Assembly (NCBI GenBank): GCA_016180965.1
Contig: JACPAF010000002.1
Span: 82,529-146,528, forward strand
Direction: 5' to 3'
From: Candidatus Aenigmatarchaeota archaeon
GTDB taxonomy: Archaea; Aenigmatarchaeota; Aenigmatarchaeia; JACPZZ01
Length of the DNA: 64,000 bases
The notes beneath the pieces are model-generated. The model ran no database searches and was not told the origin of the DNA. It saw only the letters and a program-made list of their open reading frames with translations. The stretch's first letter is position 1, and each line of letters starts with the position of its first letter. Shown piece after piece: positions 16,897 through 26,557 of the stretch. The translations under genes were made by a program, and so were the position numbers.

Positions 16897-17526
16897 ATGA
16901 CAAAGGAAATGAAATTCGTCCAGGAAGGTATAAAATCCGTTTTCATAGAGGAATATCTTAAAAGCCAGTTCTTGCGTGCGGACTATTCGCACATTGAAGT
17001 GAGCAAAACCCCGCTGGGAACAAGGATAATAATCTACGCCAATAGGCCCGGCATAGTGATAGGCCGCGGAGGAGAAAAAATAAAAGCAATCACGGAATAC
17101 CTGCGCGACCATTTCAAACTGGACAATCCGCAACTTGACGTAAAAGAAGTCGATAACCCAGACCAAGATGCACAGATCATATCAAGGCAAATTGCATCTT
17201 CATTGGAACGCGGTTTAAATTACAAGAGGGTCGCCAACATGACAATAAAAAGGGTTATGGACTCAGGTGCGGTCGGAATACAAATCCGCGTATCAGGAAA
17301 ACTTGGCGGTGACAAATCAAGGACTGATAAATTCATGCAAGGTTATTTGCAACATTCCGGCGAAACCGCTGACAGGCTGGTTTCAAAAGGGAAAGCGGAG
17401 GCCCTGTTAAAACCCGGAAAGGTCGGTATCCAAGTCAAAATAATGACTATTAACATAGAACAGGAGATGAAGCTTCAAAAGGAGCAGAAAAAAGCCGCTG
17501 AGGAAAATGCGGATAAAAAAGAGTGA
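16897..17526 (+). CDS. rps3: 30S ribosomal protein uS3
   Basis: KH-domain motif 'RPGIVIGRGGEKIK' and 'GAVGIQIRVSGKLGG'. Confidence 0.95.
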   Translation: MTKEMKFVQEGIKSVFIEEYLKSQFLRADYSHIEVSKTPLGTRIIIYANRPGIVIGRGGEKIKAITEYLRDHFKLDNPQLDVKEVDNPDQDAQIISRQIASSLERGLNYKRVANMTIKRVMDSGAVGIQIRVSGKLGGDKSRTDKFMQGYLQHSGETADRLVSKGKAEALLKPGKVGIQVKIMTINIEQEMKLQKEQKKAAEENADKKE

Positions 17527-17531
17527 TCTTG

Positions 17532-17762
17532 ATGGCCGTAATAAAAACCAAAGATGTTCGTGCGATGAAAACTGAAGAACGTTCAAAGAGGCTGGGCGAG
17601 TTCCGTTTAGAACTGGCGAAATTGAGAGGCAGTTCAGCTGTCGGAGCAAGCATAAAACAACCCGGAAAAATGAAAGAACTCCACAAAGCGATTGCACGCA
17701 TACTTACGATAGACAATGAAGAGAAAATGAAGATTAAGAAAAAAGGAGGACAAGAAGCATAG
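17532..17762 (+). CDS. rpl29: 50S ribosomal protein uL29
   Basis: 'RAMKTEERSKRLGEFRLELAKLR' and operon position. Confidence 0.9.
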   Translation: MAVIKTKDVRAMKTEERSKRLGEFRLELAKLRGSSAVGASIKQPGKMKELHKAIARILTIDNEEKMKIKKKGGQEA

Positions 17763-18065
17763 ATGGCAGACACTTGCCCCAACTGCGGGTTGCCGAGAGA
17801 GTTGTGTGTTTGCGTTGCGATGGGTATCAAAGACCAGCAAATACTGGTGTACCTCGACAAAAGAAGCTACGGGAAAAACGTGACGATCATAGAAGGCGTA
17901 GATGAAAAAAACGCCAAGGATCTTACGAAAACCCTGAAATCGAAGCTCGCCTGCGGCGGGACTTACAAGGATGGACGGATAGAATTGCAGGGGGACCATA
18001 AAAACAAAGTTAAGCCCATGCTTGTCAAGTATGGGTTTAAAGAATCACAAATACAGGTGAAGTGA
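17763..18065 (+). CDS. Translation initiation factor aSUI1 (eIF1 homologue)
   Basis: N-terminal 'CPNCGLPRELCVC', then 'VTIIEGVD' and 'LKSKLACGGTYKDGRIELQGDH'. Confidence 0.92.
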   Translation: MADTCPNCGLPRELCVCVAMGIKDQQILVYLDKRSYGKNVTIIEGVDEKNAKDLTKTLKSKLACGGTYKDGRIELQGDHKNKVKPMLVKYGFKESQIQVK

Positions 18066-18334
18066 TGATCGGCCATTCGAATCTCGTACGCCACGAATTA
18101 ATCGGGCTGAAATGCGAGGCATGTTTGAAAAATAACGATATGATAATAACCGGAAAAATAATAGACGAAACAAGGAACACACTGGTGATGGCAACAGAAA
18201 CGGGAAAAAGAACAATGATAAAGGACAAATACAATTTTGTGTTTCAGCTGCCAGGAACCAGAGTAAAAGTGGATGGAACCGTCTTGATAGGCCGGCCAAA
18301 AGAAAGGGTAAAGAAAAAAATAGAAAAATGGTGA
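18065..18334 (+). CDS. rnp1: RNase P protein component 1 (Rpp29/Pop4)
   Basis: 'HELIGLKCEA', 'GKIIDETRNTLVM' and 'VDGTVLIGRPKERVKK'. The ATG overlaps the SUI1 stop. Confidence 0.88.
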   Translation: MIGHSNLVRHELIGLKCEACLKNNDMIITGKIIDETRNTLVMATETGKRTMIKDKYNFVFQLPGTRVKVDGTVLIGRPKERVKKKIEKW

Positions 18335-18338
18335 TGAT

Positions 18339-18677
18339 ATGAAAACTAAGCAAAATATTGGTGTGGACGCGGAACCGCCAGCTAAAACGTGCGATGATGA
18401 AAAATGCTGCTGGCACGGTTCGTTACCTGTACGCGGGCGTGTATTTGAGGGTAAAGTCATCTCTGACCGGGCATCTAAAACTGTCGTAGTTAAATGGGGT
18501 TACAACAAGCTCATAACAAAATACCAGAGATATGAACGAAGGAATACAACCTTGAGGGCGTACAACCCAGAATGCATCGCAGCAAAAACCGGCGATACTG
18601 TGAAAATCGCGGAATGCAGGCCTTTAAGCAAGACAAAGTCTTTCATAGTTGTTGAGAAATTGGAGGGATCAAAATGA
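18339..18677 (+). CDS. rps17: 30S ribosomal protein uS17
   Basis: 'RGRVFEGKVISDRASKTVVV' and 'GDTVKIAECRPLSKTKSF'. Confidence 0.94.
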   Translation: MKTKQNIGVDAEPPAKTCDDEKCCWHGSLPVRGRVFEGKVISDRASKTVVVKWGYNKLITKYQRYERRNTTLRAYNPECIAAKTGDTVKIAECRPLSKTKSFIVVEKLEGSK

Positions 18678-19072
18678 AAGCAATATCTTCATCCGCATCA
18701 CGCGGAATAAACGTGGATTCGGTGATAAACTGCGCAGACAATTCCGGCGGGAAAACACTGAACGTAATTGCTGTAAAAGTTTACAAAAGCACAAAGCGCA
18801 AAAAGCCCGCTGCTGCGATAGGCGACCTGATTGTGTGCTCAGTGGTAAAAGGCGATGTGAAAAAGAGGCATGAAGTGTGTTTGGCAGTCATAATCAGGCA
18901 AAAAAAAGAATACAGGCGTGCCAATGGGATGAGGATAAAATTTGACGATAATGCGGCGGTCCTTGTTAATGACAGAGGCGAACCAGTCGGGACTGAAATA
19001 AAAGGGCCGGTTGCAAAAGAAGCCGTGGAACGTTTTTCCGCGATCGGGAAAATAGCTTCACAAATTGTTTGA
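18674..19072 (+). CDS. rpl14: 50S ribosomal protein uL14
   Basis: 'NCADNSGGKTL' and 'IRFDDNAAVL'-like 'IKFDDNAAVLV'. Confidence 0.95.
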   Translation: MKAISSSASRGINVDSVINCADNSGGKTLNVIAVKVYKSTKRKKPAAAIGDLIVCSVVKGDVKKRHEVCLAVIIRQKKEYRRANGMRIKFDDNAAVLVNDRGEPVGTEIKGPVAKEAVERFSAIGKIASQIV

Positions 19073-19082
19073 GATGATTTGA

Positions 19083-19448
19083 ATGAAAACTAAAAACCGT
19101 AAAATCCAAAGGAAAATGTCACTTAATGCACCAATACACAAAAAGAAAAAATTGGTAAACGTTGCGTTAAGCAAAGATCTGCGTGTCCAGTTAAAGCGAA
19201 GGTCGTTGGGCATACGCAAAGGCGACCAAGTCCAGATAATAAAAGGAAAATTCAAGGGTACGCAGGGCACGGTTACGGACGTGAACCTTAAAAAGATGAA
19301 AATTTACGTTGATAACGCAAACATAAAAAAGAAAAACGGCTCCCAGGCGCAGGTTCCTGTGGCGGTTGCAAAATTGAGAATAATAAAATTAATTACAGCG
19401 GATAAAAGCAGGCAGAAACTCGTGGAAAACGCGGGTAAAAAGGTGTGA
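19083..19448 (+). CDS. rpl24: 50S ribosomal protein uL24
   Basis: KOW motif 'IRKGDQVQIIKGKFKGTQGTV'. Confidence 0.93.
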   Translation: MKTKNRKIQRKMSLNAPIHKKKKLVNVALSKDLRVQLKRRSLGIRKGDQVQIIKGKFKGTQGTVTDVNLKKMKIYVDNANIKKKNGSQAQVPVAVAKLRIIKLITADKSRQKLVENAGKKV

Positions 19449-19450
19449 TT

Positions 19451-20146
19451 ATGAAATTAAAAAGGCAATTGTCCCCGAAATTTTGGAGAATAGAAACTAA
19501 AACGAAAACGTTTACAACTAGCCCTAGCGCCGGCTCGCATCCCGCGTTTTCATCCATTCCGCTGAGAATAGTCATTAGGAACATACTTGGAATCGCTGAG
19601 AACGCATCGGAAACAAGGACCATACTCAATGGCGGGAAAATACAAATAGACGGAGTAATCAGGAAGGATAACGGCTTTCCCGTGGGTTTGATGGACGTGA
19701 TCCATGTGGCAGATGCGGAAAAATATTATCGTGTCATGCCTTCCAACAAAGGCCTTGTAATCAAAGAAATGACAAAAGATTACGACAAGAAAATGCTAAA
19801 AATAAAGAGCAAAAACATCCTGAGGGGCAACAAGATACAATTGGGCTTCCATGACGGCACAAATATCATAACGACCAAATCCGATTACAAACCGAATGAC
19901 GTCGTTGTTGTTAAACTGCCTTCAAAGGAAATAATTTCGCATATCCCGCTTGAGAAGGGCGTCACACTGCTCGTCACAGGCGGTAAAAACATGGGCAAGA
20001 CTGCTAAATTAAAGGAGATAGAAAAGATCAGCGGTTCGCGCGCGGACGAATTGATCATTGAAACCAGCGACGGGGATTATAAGACACAGATTAAATTTGT
20101 TTTCCCGATAGGCAAAGAAAAATCGTCAATAGATTTAGGTGAATAA
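19451..20146 (+). CDS. rps4e: 30S ribosomal protein eS4
   Basis: 'LKRQLSPKFWRI', 'FPVGLMDVI' and a KOW-like 'NDVVVVKLP'. Archaea/eukaryote-specific. Confidence 0.93.
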   Translation: MKLKRQLSPKFWRIETKTKTFTTSPSAGSHPAFSSIPLRIVIRNILGIAENASETRTILNGGKIQIDGVIRKDNGFPVGLMDVIHVADAEKYYRVMPSNKGLVIKEMTKDYDKKMLKIKSKNILRGNKIQLGFHDGTNIITTKSDYKPNDVVVVKLPSKEIISHIPLEKGVTLLVTGGKNMGKTAKLKEIEKISGSRADELIIETSDGDYKTQIKFVFPIGKEKSSIDLGE

Positions 20147-20147
20147 A

Positions 20148-20651
20148 ATGAACCCTATGCTTAACATTTCGATAGACAAAATCACTTTGAATATGGGAGC
20201 CGGCGGGCCGGGCGAAAAACTGGAAAAATCCAAAAAATTGCTGGAAAAGGTTAGCGGCGAAAAAGGCGTCATAACAGCAGCCCGCAAAAGATCCACATTC
20301 GGGGTTGCGAAAGGCAGGCAAATGGGCGTAAAGATAATCATACGCGGTGAAAGAGCTGCGGAACTTTTGAAAAGGGTGCTCGAAGCGTCCGAGAATAAAA
20401 TAAAAGGGTCGCAATTCGACGACCACGGCAATTTTTCTATTGGAGTCCACGAGTACATAGACGTGCCGGGGATGAAGTATGATCCGACAATAGGCATAAT
20501 GGGATTTGATGTCGCAGTTACTTTGAAACGGGCGGGTTACAGAGTTTCAAAAAGAAGGATAAAACCTTCCAAAATTGGAAAAAATCACAGGATCACAAAG
20601 GACCAGGCGATAGCTTGGATAAAAGAATCCATGGGGACTGAAGTAATATGA
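20148..20651 (+). CDS. rpl5: 50S ribosomal protein uL5
   Basis: 'ITLNMGAGG' and '[15 protein letters not shown]'. GGTGA Shine-Dalgarno upstream. Confidence 0.94.
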   Translation: MNPMLNISIDKITLNMGAGGPGEKLEKSKKLLEKVSGEKGVITAARKRSTFGVAKGRQMGVKIIIRGERAAELLKRVLEASENKIKGSQFDDHGNFSIGVHEYIDVPGMKYDPTIGIMGFDVAVTLKRAGYRVSKRRIKPSKIGKNHRITKDQAIAWIKESMGTEVI

Positions 20652-20806
20652 AACCCGGAAAAAGAGAGAAAAAATTCGGCCCCGGTTCGCGCACGTGCAG
20701 ACGATGCGGCAGGTACGGAGCAATAATAAGGAAATACGGGCTCAACTATTGCCGCCAATGTTTCCGCGAAGTGGCGAGAAGCGTCGGATTTAGAAAATAT
20801 AACTAG
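20648..20806 (+). CDS. rps14: 30S ribosomal protein uS14 (zinc-binding short form, 52 aa); too short for the ORF track
   Basis: Manual translation gives [52 protein letters not shown], with CxxC...CxxC. The ATG overlaps the rpl5 stop (ATATGA). Confidence 0.9.
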   Translation: MKPGKREKKFGPGSRTCRRCGRYGAIIRKYGLNYCRQCFREVARSVGFRKYN

Positions 20807-20815
20807 GTGAAAATT

Positions 20816-21202
20816 ATGGGACAAGATTTGCTAAATGAAGCTTTGACCGTTATAAGGAATGCGGAAGCATCCGGAAAAAGTGAATGTGTAGTACCGGCTT
20901 CCAAACTGATCAAAGATGTATTGCTGGTCATGCAAAAAGACGGCTACATAGGCAGTTTTGAATCAATCGAAACCGGTAAATCAGTTAAATTCAAAATTGA
21001 ACTGATAATGAAATTGAACAATTGCGGTGCGATATCGCCAAAGCTTTCGATAGGCGTCAAGGAAATGGAAAAACACGAAATAATCCACCTGCCGGCCAAA
21101 GATTTTGGCATATTGATATTATCTACGAGTAGGGGGATTATGGACCACAAAGAGGCCAAGTCAAAAAATATCGGCGGAAAGCTGATCTCATTTGCGTATT
21201 AG
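20816..21202 (+). CDS. rps8: 30S ribosomal protein uS8
   Basis: 'LNEALTVIRNAEASGK' and 'ILSTSRGIMDHKEAK'. Confidence 0.93.
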   Translation: MGQDLLNEALTVIRNAEASGKSECVVPASKLIKDVLLVMQKDGYIGSFESIETGKSVKFKIELIMKLNNCGAISPKLSIGVKEMEKHEIIHLPAKDFGILILSTSRGIMDHKEAKSKNIGGKLISFAY

Positions 21203-21211
21203 GTGAATAAA

Positions 21212-21730
21212 ATGACAGTATTACAGATCCCAAAGGAAGTAAACATAGACGTTAATGGCAACGAAATAACGGTAAAAGGCAAGCTTGGGACTATAAAAAA
21301 AAGCATTACCATGGAAAGCGTGGAAATAAAGAAAGAAGATTCCAAGATAACGATTATTCCAAAAAATGAAAGGCGCAAGTCCAAAGCGATGGCCGGCACA
21401 GTATCATCGCACATAGACAACATGCTTATCGGAGTCACGAAAGGATGGACTTACGTCCTGAAAATTTTATACCTGCATTTTCCGATGACTGTTAAGACGG
21501 AGAAAAACAAGGTCGTAATAAACAATTTCCTCGGGGAAAGGACGCCGCGCACAGCGAATATTATCGGAGAATCCAAAGTCGAGGTAAAAGGCGACCAGAT
21601 TATTGTTACCGGCGCCAACATCGAAGATGTCAGCCGTACTGCGTCAAACATTGAGCGTGCGACGCGGATAAAATCTTACGACCGGAGGGTATTCCAGGAC
21701 GGAATTTTCATAACTTCGAAGGGCGATTAA
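21212..21730 (+). CDS. rpl6: 50S ribosomal protein uL6
   Basis: 'VNGNEITVKGKLG' and 'HFPMTVKTE'. GGTGA Shine-Dalgarno upstream. Confidence 0.93.
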   Translation: MTVLQIPKEVNIDVNGNEITVKGKLGTIKKSITMESVEIKKEDSKITIIPKNERRKSKAMAGTVSSHIDNMLIGVTKGWTYVLKILYLHFPMTVKTEKNKVVINNFLGERTPRTANIIGESKVEVKGDQIIVTGANIEDVSRTASNIERATRIKSYDRRVFQDGIFITSKGD

Positions 21731-21731
21731 T

Positions 21732-22070
21732 ATGAGCAAGAGATTCAGAAGACAGGAAAAGTACGCGGAGAAGAGGGTAAAGAATAAAACCTGGAGAAAA
21801 CCGCGCGGCATAAATTCAAAGATGAGAATGCGCGAAGGCGGTAAGCCGAACGCTGTCCGCATAGGTTATGGTTCGCCTTCATTGCGAAAAAGTTTCCATC
21901 CTTCCGGGTTTAAAGAGGTCCTAATAAACAATGAGAAGCAGTTGGCGCTCGTAATAAAGTTAAAAGCTGAGAAAACTGCAGTAAGGATCGGAGCGACGGT
22001 AGGCGGCAAGAAACGTGCGGCCATGTTGAAGATGGCTGACGAAGCTAAAATAAAAATATTGAACAGGTGA
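21732..22070 (+). CDS. rpl32e: 50S ribosomal protein eL32
   Basis: 'WRKPRGINSKMR' and 'VRIGYGSP'. Confidence 0.9.
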   Translation: MSKRFRRQEKYAEKRVKNKTWRKPRGINSKMRMREGGKPNAVRIGYGSPSLRKSFHPSGFKEVLINNEKQLALVIKLKAEKTAVRIGATVGGKKRAAMLKMADEAKIKILNR

Positions 22071-22075
22071 AATTC

Positions 22076-22564
22076 ATGAATACCAGCATACAGAGAAGGA
22101 TTGCGTCCAAAATTTTGAAATGCGGAGAAAACAGAATATGGATTGATCCGCAGAAATTGAAGGATGTTGCGGAAGCGATCACGAGAGAAGACGTACGCAG
22201 ATTAATAAAAAGCGGAGCCATGGTGAAATCCGCCGAGGAAGCGCCTTCGCGTGCGGGAATAAGGCTAAGAGCGATTAAAAAAATCAAAGGCAGACGCTCG
22301 GGCCAAGGAAGCCGCAAAGGCACGTTTTCATCGCGTACAGGCAATACGAAGAAATTGAGATGGATACGCACAATACGACCCCAGAGGCAAATGATAAGCG
22401 AATTAAAATCGACCGGGGCTATTGACAATGAAATTTATAAGACTTTGTATAAGCTTTCCAAAGGTGGAGTGTTCCGAAGCCGTAAACACTTGGAACTTTA
22501 CATGAAAGAACACAAGATGCTGGCCGAGAAAGACAAAAAAGAAGAAAAGGGTGTTAAAAAATGA
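22076..22564 (+). CDS. rpl19e: 50S ribosomal protein eL19
   Basis: 'QRRIASKILKCGENRIWIDP'. Confidence 0.92.
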   Translation: MNTSIQRRIASKILKCGENRIWIDPQKLKDVAEAITREDVRRLIKSGAMVKSAEEAPSRAGIRLRAIKKIKGRRSGQGSRKGTFSSRTGNTKKLRWIRTIRPQRQMISELKSTGAIDNEIYKTLYKLSKGGVFRSRKHLELYMKEHKMLAEKDKKEEKGVKK

Positions 22565-23130
22565 TGAGGATGCAATTCCGGCGCAGACGCGAAAAAAGAA
22601 CAGATTACAACAAACGTCTTAACCTTCTACGCTCAGAGAGAACGAGGCTGGTTGTGAGAAAATCTTTAAAGCACTATCTGGTCCAGTTTGTCGATTACAC
22701 ACCAGAAGGCGATAAAGTCATTGTCGCAGCTAACAGCTCGGAATTGAAAAAATTTGGATGGGTCATGTCCACGGGTAATTTACCTGCGGCCTATCTCACG
22801 GGATTATTGTGCGGGCTGAAAGCCAAGGATAAAATAAAAACTGCCATCTTAGACCTTGGTTTGCAAGATTCGACAAAAGGCGGAACTATTTACGCTGTGT
22901 TGAAGGGCGTCGTAGATGCGGGCATTGAGATCCCGCATGACAGCGCGATATTGCCGAGTGCGGACAGGATCAGCGGGAAACATATTGCAAATTACGCTGA
23001 AATGCTGAAAAAAAGCGACCAGGCTGAATTTAAGAAAAGGTTTGGCTCTTATGTCAAGCAAAATGTGAAACTTGAAGAATTTCCAAAGATTTTTGAGGAT
23101 ACCAAAAAGGCCATCCAGGCGAAGTTTTGA
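22561..23130 (+). CDS. rpl18: 50S ribosomal protein uL18
   Basis: 'RRREKRTDYNKRLNLL', 'RLVVRKSLKH' and 'GNLPAAYLTGLL'. Last gene of the operon in this locus. Confidence 0.92.
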   Translation: MMRMQFRRRREKRTDYNKRLNLLRSERTRLVVRKSLKHYLVQFVDYTPEGDKVIVAANSSELKKFGWVMSTGNLPAAYLTGLLCGLKAKDKIKTAILDLGLQDSTKGGTIYAVLKGVVDAGIEIPHDSAILPSADRISGKHIANYAEMLKKSDQAEFKKRFGSYVKQNVKLEEFPKIFEDTKKAIQAKF

Positions 23131-23139
23131 TTCTATTTT

Positions 23140-24015
23140 TTAACCGCTTTTTTCCCTGATATAGACTATGTTCTTGTATTTGTTGAGGTCTAACTGGAAT
23201 TTTTCCGCTGGAATTTTTGGGTTGAAAACCATGTTCTTTAAAGTTGCTGTATATATTGTTTTTATACCTATCGAATTTTCGGAGGCTTCGGACGATTTTT
23301 TGAGTGTCCCCTGATATTTCAATAGTTTGAAATCATTAGTATCCAGCCATAAAATTATTTTCTGGTAAGGTATCTCCCTTTCGCTGATGTAGAATATACC
23401 CCCATCTACACTTTCCACCGAAACTTTTATGACATCCCGATTATTCAATTTTTCTTGACTGATGTTCACATTAAACATGGAAGAATTGTCAATGTTGGAA
23501 GGCACCTTCCATATGCTATCCGTTACCCACTGTGGGCATATATTCGGGTCCGAGGAATCAGCGCTTAAATCCGCACCCCTAGCACGGTCAGGTATCATGT
23601 AAAAAGTATCTTTATTGCATATTTCCTCCGTATCGCCGTAAGAACCTGCTTTTCGATACGAAAAATACCATGTACCGTTGATCAATTGACCGCCATTGAT
23701 ATGGTCGTCATTAGTTCCGGATGTAAAGATGGATTTTTTGTCCGGTTTTTCTATCAGCACTTTGAAGACCCATCTTTCGGAACTGTCGGATAGAATCTTA
23801 GGTTCTGCAATTTTATCGTCTTCCACAATACCGTAAGCTGTATAAGGTTTATCATATTCGTCCGTGCGCACCAAGTCCATGTCGTAGCTAAGAGACTTTA
23901 TGCCGCGATAAGAGTCTGCTATGCGCTTGTTTATGGATTCGGAAGAAACGCAACCACTGACCACAATGACAAAAACAAGAGAGACCAGAATCAACAATTT
24001 CATGTTTGAATACAC
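23140..24015 (-). CDS. Secreted or lipid-anchored hypothetical protein
   Basis: Signal peptide with a lipobox-like 'VVSGC'. The mature part is beta-rich. No recognised catalytic motif. Confidence 0.55.
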   Translation of the reverse strand: MYSNMKLLILVSLVFVIVVSGCVSSESINKRIADSYRGIKSLSYDMDLVRTDEYDKPYTAYGIVEDDKIAEPKILSDSSERWVFKVLIEKPDKKSIFTSGTNDDHINGGQLINGTWYFSYRKAGSYGDTEEICNKDTFYMIPDRARGADLSADSSDPNICPQWVTDSIWKVPSNIDNSSMFNVNISQEKLNNRDVIKVSVESVDGGIFYISEREIPYQKIILWLDTNDFKLLKYQGTLKKSSEASENSIGIKTIYTATLKNMVFNPKIPAEKFQLDLNKYKNIVYIREKSG

Positions 24016-24070
24016 CGAAATATTTTAGTAACTTAATAAATATATTACCCCCGCAGGACAGATTATTATC

Positions 24071-24439
24071 ATGCTTAACATCTATCTCTGGAATTTCCTG
24101 ATATTCTCCGGAGTCGCATTGATGCTTGTTTACATTTTTGCGTCTTATTTTATCCTGAAATTCGTTTACAGCACACACAAAAAACACGAAAGGCCGCTGT
24201 CATGGCTGGGTCTGGTAGCATCGATACTTGTTATTGGGGCAGCCAACCTGACTGAAGGCATATACCATTCGTATAACGCGTTGACTGGCAGTATTTTCGG
24301 GGACAGCTATGTGCTTTTTGACACCGAAGTTTCCAGATCGCTCATTTTCTTTGCACTCTTTTTCAAATACTATGCCGCATTGCTTCTGATTTTGTTCGCA
24401 CTGCTTGTGGCCCGTGAAACCAAAAAAACCTTGAAATGA
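24071..24439 (+). CDS. Hypothetical membrane protein (about 4 TM)
   Basis: Hydrophobic segments run through the 122-aa ORF. Confidence 0.5.
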   Translation: MLNIYLWNFLIFSGVALMLVYIFASYFILKFVYSTHKKHERPLSWLGLVASILVIGAANLTEGIYHSYNALTGSIFGDSYVLFDTEVSRSLIFFALFFKYYAALLLILFALLVARETKKTLK

Positions 24440-24549
24440 TTTTGATAGTGAAATTTAGCCAAAAATACGTTAATTGACGTTAAAAATCGACAAATAACGA
24501 ATAGGTGCTTAAATCAACGACAGTCCAATTAGTTTGTAGGTGAAACGAC

Positions 24550-24855
24550 ATGGCTGTTGGATTGGAACTATTAAGTAGTCCAGTTACAGGTGTGTTCGTT
24601 GTACTCGCATTAGCCGAGTACATCGGTATTCGAAAGATGGCCGAGAAGGCTTTCAATTGGGTTGCCGCGGGCGGAGTATTATTGCTCCTATCCGGCATAA
24701 CAGCTGAAAGCTTGGGATCTGGAACACTGGGTATGGTGGGTCTGGGTTCGCTGTCTTTTGGAAGCCAGCTAGCAGGGCTTTTTAGCGTCCTAGGCGGTAT
24801 ATCCGTCTTGGTCGGATCTTTGCTGGCGGCATTGACATTGCTGCAGGAAGCTTAA
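24550..24855 (+). CDS. Hypothetical Gly/Leu-rich membrane protein
   Basis: 101-aa ORF with three hydrophobic stretches. Confidence 0.45.
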   Translation: MAVGLELLSSPVTGVFVVLALAEYIGIRKMAEKAFNWVAAGGVLLLLSGITAESLGSGTLGMVGLGSLSFGSQLAGLFSVLGGISVLVGSLLAALTLLQEA

Positions 24856-24991
24856 CAGCTTCTCGTATGTCAAAACCACGAACAAAACTGTAAGACTGGT
24901 TTGCTATTTCTTTTATTTTATTTTTTTCTGATTAGCTGTTATTGGGTTTGATTAAGGTGCCTATATTTTTCCGAAAGATCAATATTCAAAG

Positions 24992-25522
24992 ATGTATCGG
25001 AAAATTTTTATTTTGTCGGCTATTATCCTTATTATATTAGGTGCTGTTTTGTCAGAAAAATTCCAACCGCCGCTGGAAGTGCGAACTCTGGTAATACTAT
25101 CGGAAGGCGAAACGCAACCAGGCGGCAATGCGGCGGATTTCATTCTGGAAGAAATAAACGGGACTGATATCAGGTCAGGTAAATTCATAGGCCAGCGAGC
25201 TCTGATAATCCATTTCTGGTCCATCGAGTCTGACAATGAGTTGACGCAGCTCCAGACGTTAAGAAATTTCCACGGCGACGAGATAGAAATCCTGGGCATC
25301 GGCGAAGACTTGAATAAATCATATGCGACGGGTCTGGCAAAACGCCTGGGTATAACTTTTCCCATGTTAATTGACAAGACCGGAGAAGTTAAACAAGCTT
25401 ACAGAGTTTCTCTGTCCCCGACTACATATTTCATCAGCAAAGATGGCCTGATAATTGATAAAAAGGAAGGTTCGATGACGGAACAAGAATTGAATGAAAA
25501 AATGAAGATACTAACCAAATGA
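24992..25522 (+). CDS. Membrane-anchored thioredoxin-fold (TlpA/AhpC-TSA-like) protein lacking the CxxC motif
   Basis: N-terminal TM segment. 'ALIIHFWSIESDNELTQL' sits where TlpA-type proteins have 'FWATWCxPC'. 'PTTYFISKDGLI' is the typical cis-Pro region. Confidence 0.65.
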   Translation: MYRKIFILSAIILIILGAVLSEKFQPPLEVRTLVILSEGETQPGGNAADFILEEINGTDIRSGKFIGQRALIIHFWSIESDNELTQLQTLRNFHGDEIEILGIGEDLNKSYATGLAKRLGITFPMLIDKTGEVKQAYRVSLSPTTYFISKDGLIIDKKEGSMTEQELNEKMKILTK

Positions 25523-25523
25523 A

Positions 25524-26270
25524 TCACCTTCGGTAATTCCATTCTTCGGCCTTGTAACGTTCTTTGGATAATTTTTTAGAAAGTTCCAACTCTTCGCTGG
25601 ACAATGATCCTATCGAGTATTCTTTATCCTTGGTGAATCCTTCTAACATCGCATTGTATACGTCTTGCATTGAAAAATTTCCGAAATTTAAAACCTTAGT
25701 TACACGCTCCTCGACAGATTGTATCATCTTATCCGATATTTTTTCCTTTGGAACCTTTAGAAGCGTGAACATGGTACGTACATCCAAATCGTATAACAAC
25801 GTCCCGTGCTGCAACAAGACTCCATTACGGCGCGTTTGAGCGTTACCAGAGATCTTCTTGCCGTTCGTAATTATATCGTTTATCGGCTTAAACTCGGATT
25901 CGATCCCGATTTTTTTCAACGATTCTATTATCCAGCCACAGATCAACTGGTAGGATTCACGTATGCCTTTGGGCATCATGGACTCGGGCGCGATAACGCT
26001 GTATGTTATTTCACCCTTAGTGTCGTGGTATACTGCTCCGCCTCCGGTACGGCGGCGGACTATATCCACGCCTAACTGCTTAGCCACGTTGACATCAACT
26101 TCATCATTGAGGCTTTGAAAATAACCGATTGAAACTGCAGAAGGTGTCCAAGTGTAAAATCTTATGGTGGGCTGTGATTCACCGGAAGCCACAAATTGGC
26201 ATATTGCCTCGTCCAAAGCCATGTTCATGTACGCATTGTTTGTCTGCAATGGAATAACACGCCATCTCAT
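25524..26270 (-). CDS. lplA: Lipoate-protein ligase A, catalytic domain
   Basis: 'NMALDEA', 'IRFYTWTPSAVSIGYFQ', 'RRRTGGGAVYHD' and 'KISGNAQ'. Confidence 0.92.
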   Translation of the reverse strand: MRWRVIPLQTNNAYMNMALDEAICQFVASGESQPTIRFYTWTPSAVSIGYFQSLNDEVDVNVAKQLGVDIVRRRTGGGAVYHDTKGEITYSVIAPESMMPKGIRESYQLICGWIIESLKKIGIESEFKPINDIITNGKKISGNAQTRRNGVLLQHGTLLYDLDVRTMFTLLKVPKEKISDKMIQSVEERVTKVLNFGNFSMQDVYNAMLEGFTKDKEYSIGSLSSEELELSKKLSKERYKAEEWNYRR

Positions 26271-26557
26271 TGTGAAACACCGACAGCTTTCATTATATTG
26301 CGTGCGATTGAGGCTGCGTCTATGCCAACCACATCAGCGCCAGTTTTTGTTATCACATTCTCTATTTTATGCCGCATCTCCTCTTCGCCCGCATTCACGC
26401 TCAAACCGCTAAGCGAATTTTCTATTTTTTCAATGACATCTTCCGGATGCGCGAAGAAGTCGCCTGTTATCCGGACTTGGTTGATTTTGCTGTCAAAATC
26501 CACTTTAACCCGCAAAAGCTTGCCGCCAACGACTTTTTCCGTGGATACGCCTTGCAT
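26267..26557 (-). CDS. lplB: Lipoate-protein ligase C-terminal accessory domain protein (LplB-like)
   Basis: 'GGKLLRVKVDFDSKINQVRITGDFFAHPED'. It overlaps the lplA start by 4 nt, matching the bipartite archaeal arrangement. Confidence 0.8.
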   Translation of the reverse strand: MQGVSTEKVVGGKLLRVKVDFDSKINQVRITGDFFAHPEDVIEKIENSLSGLSVNAGEEEMRHKIENVITKTGADVVGIDAASIARNIMKAVGVSQ

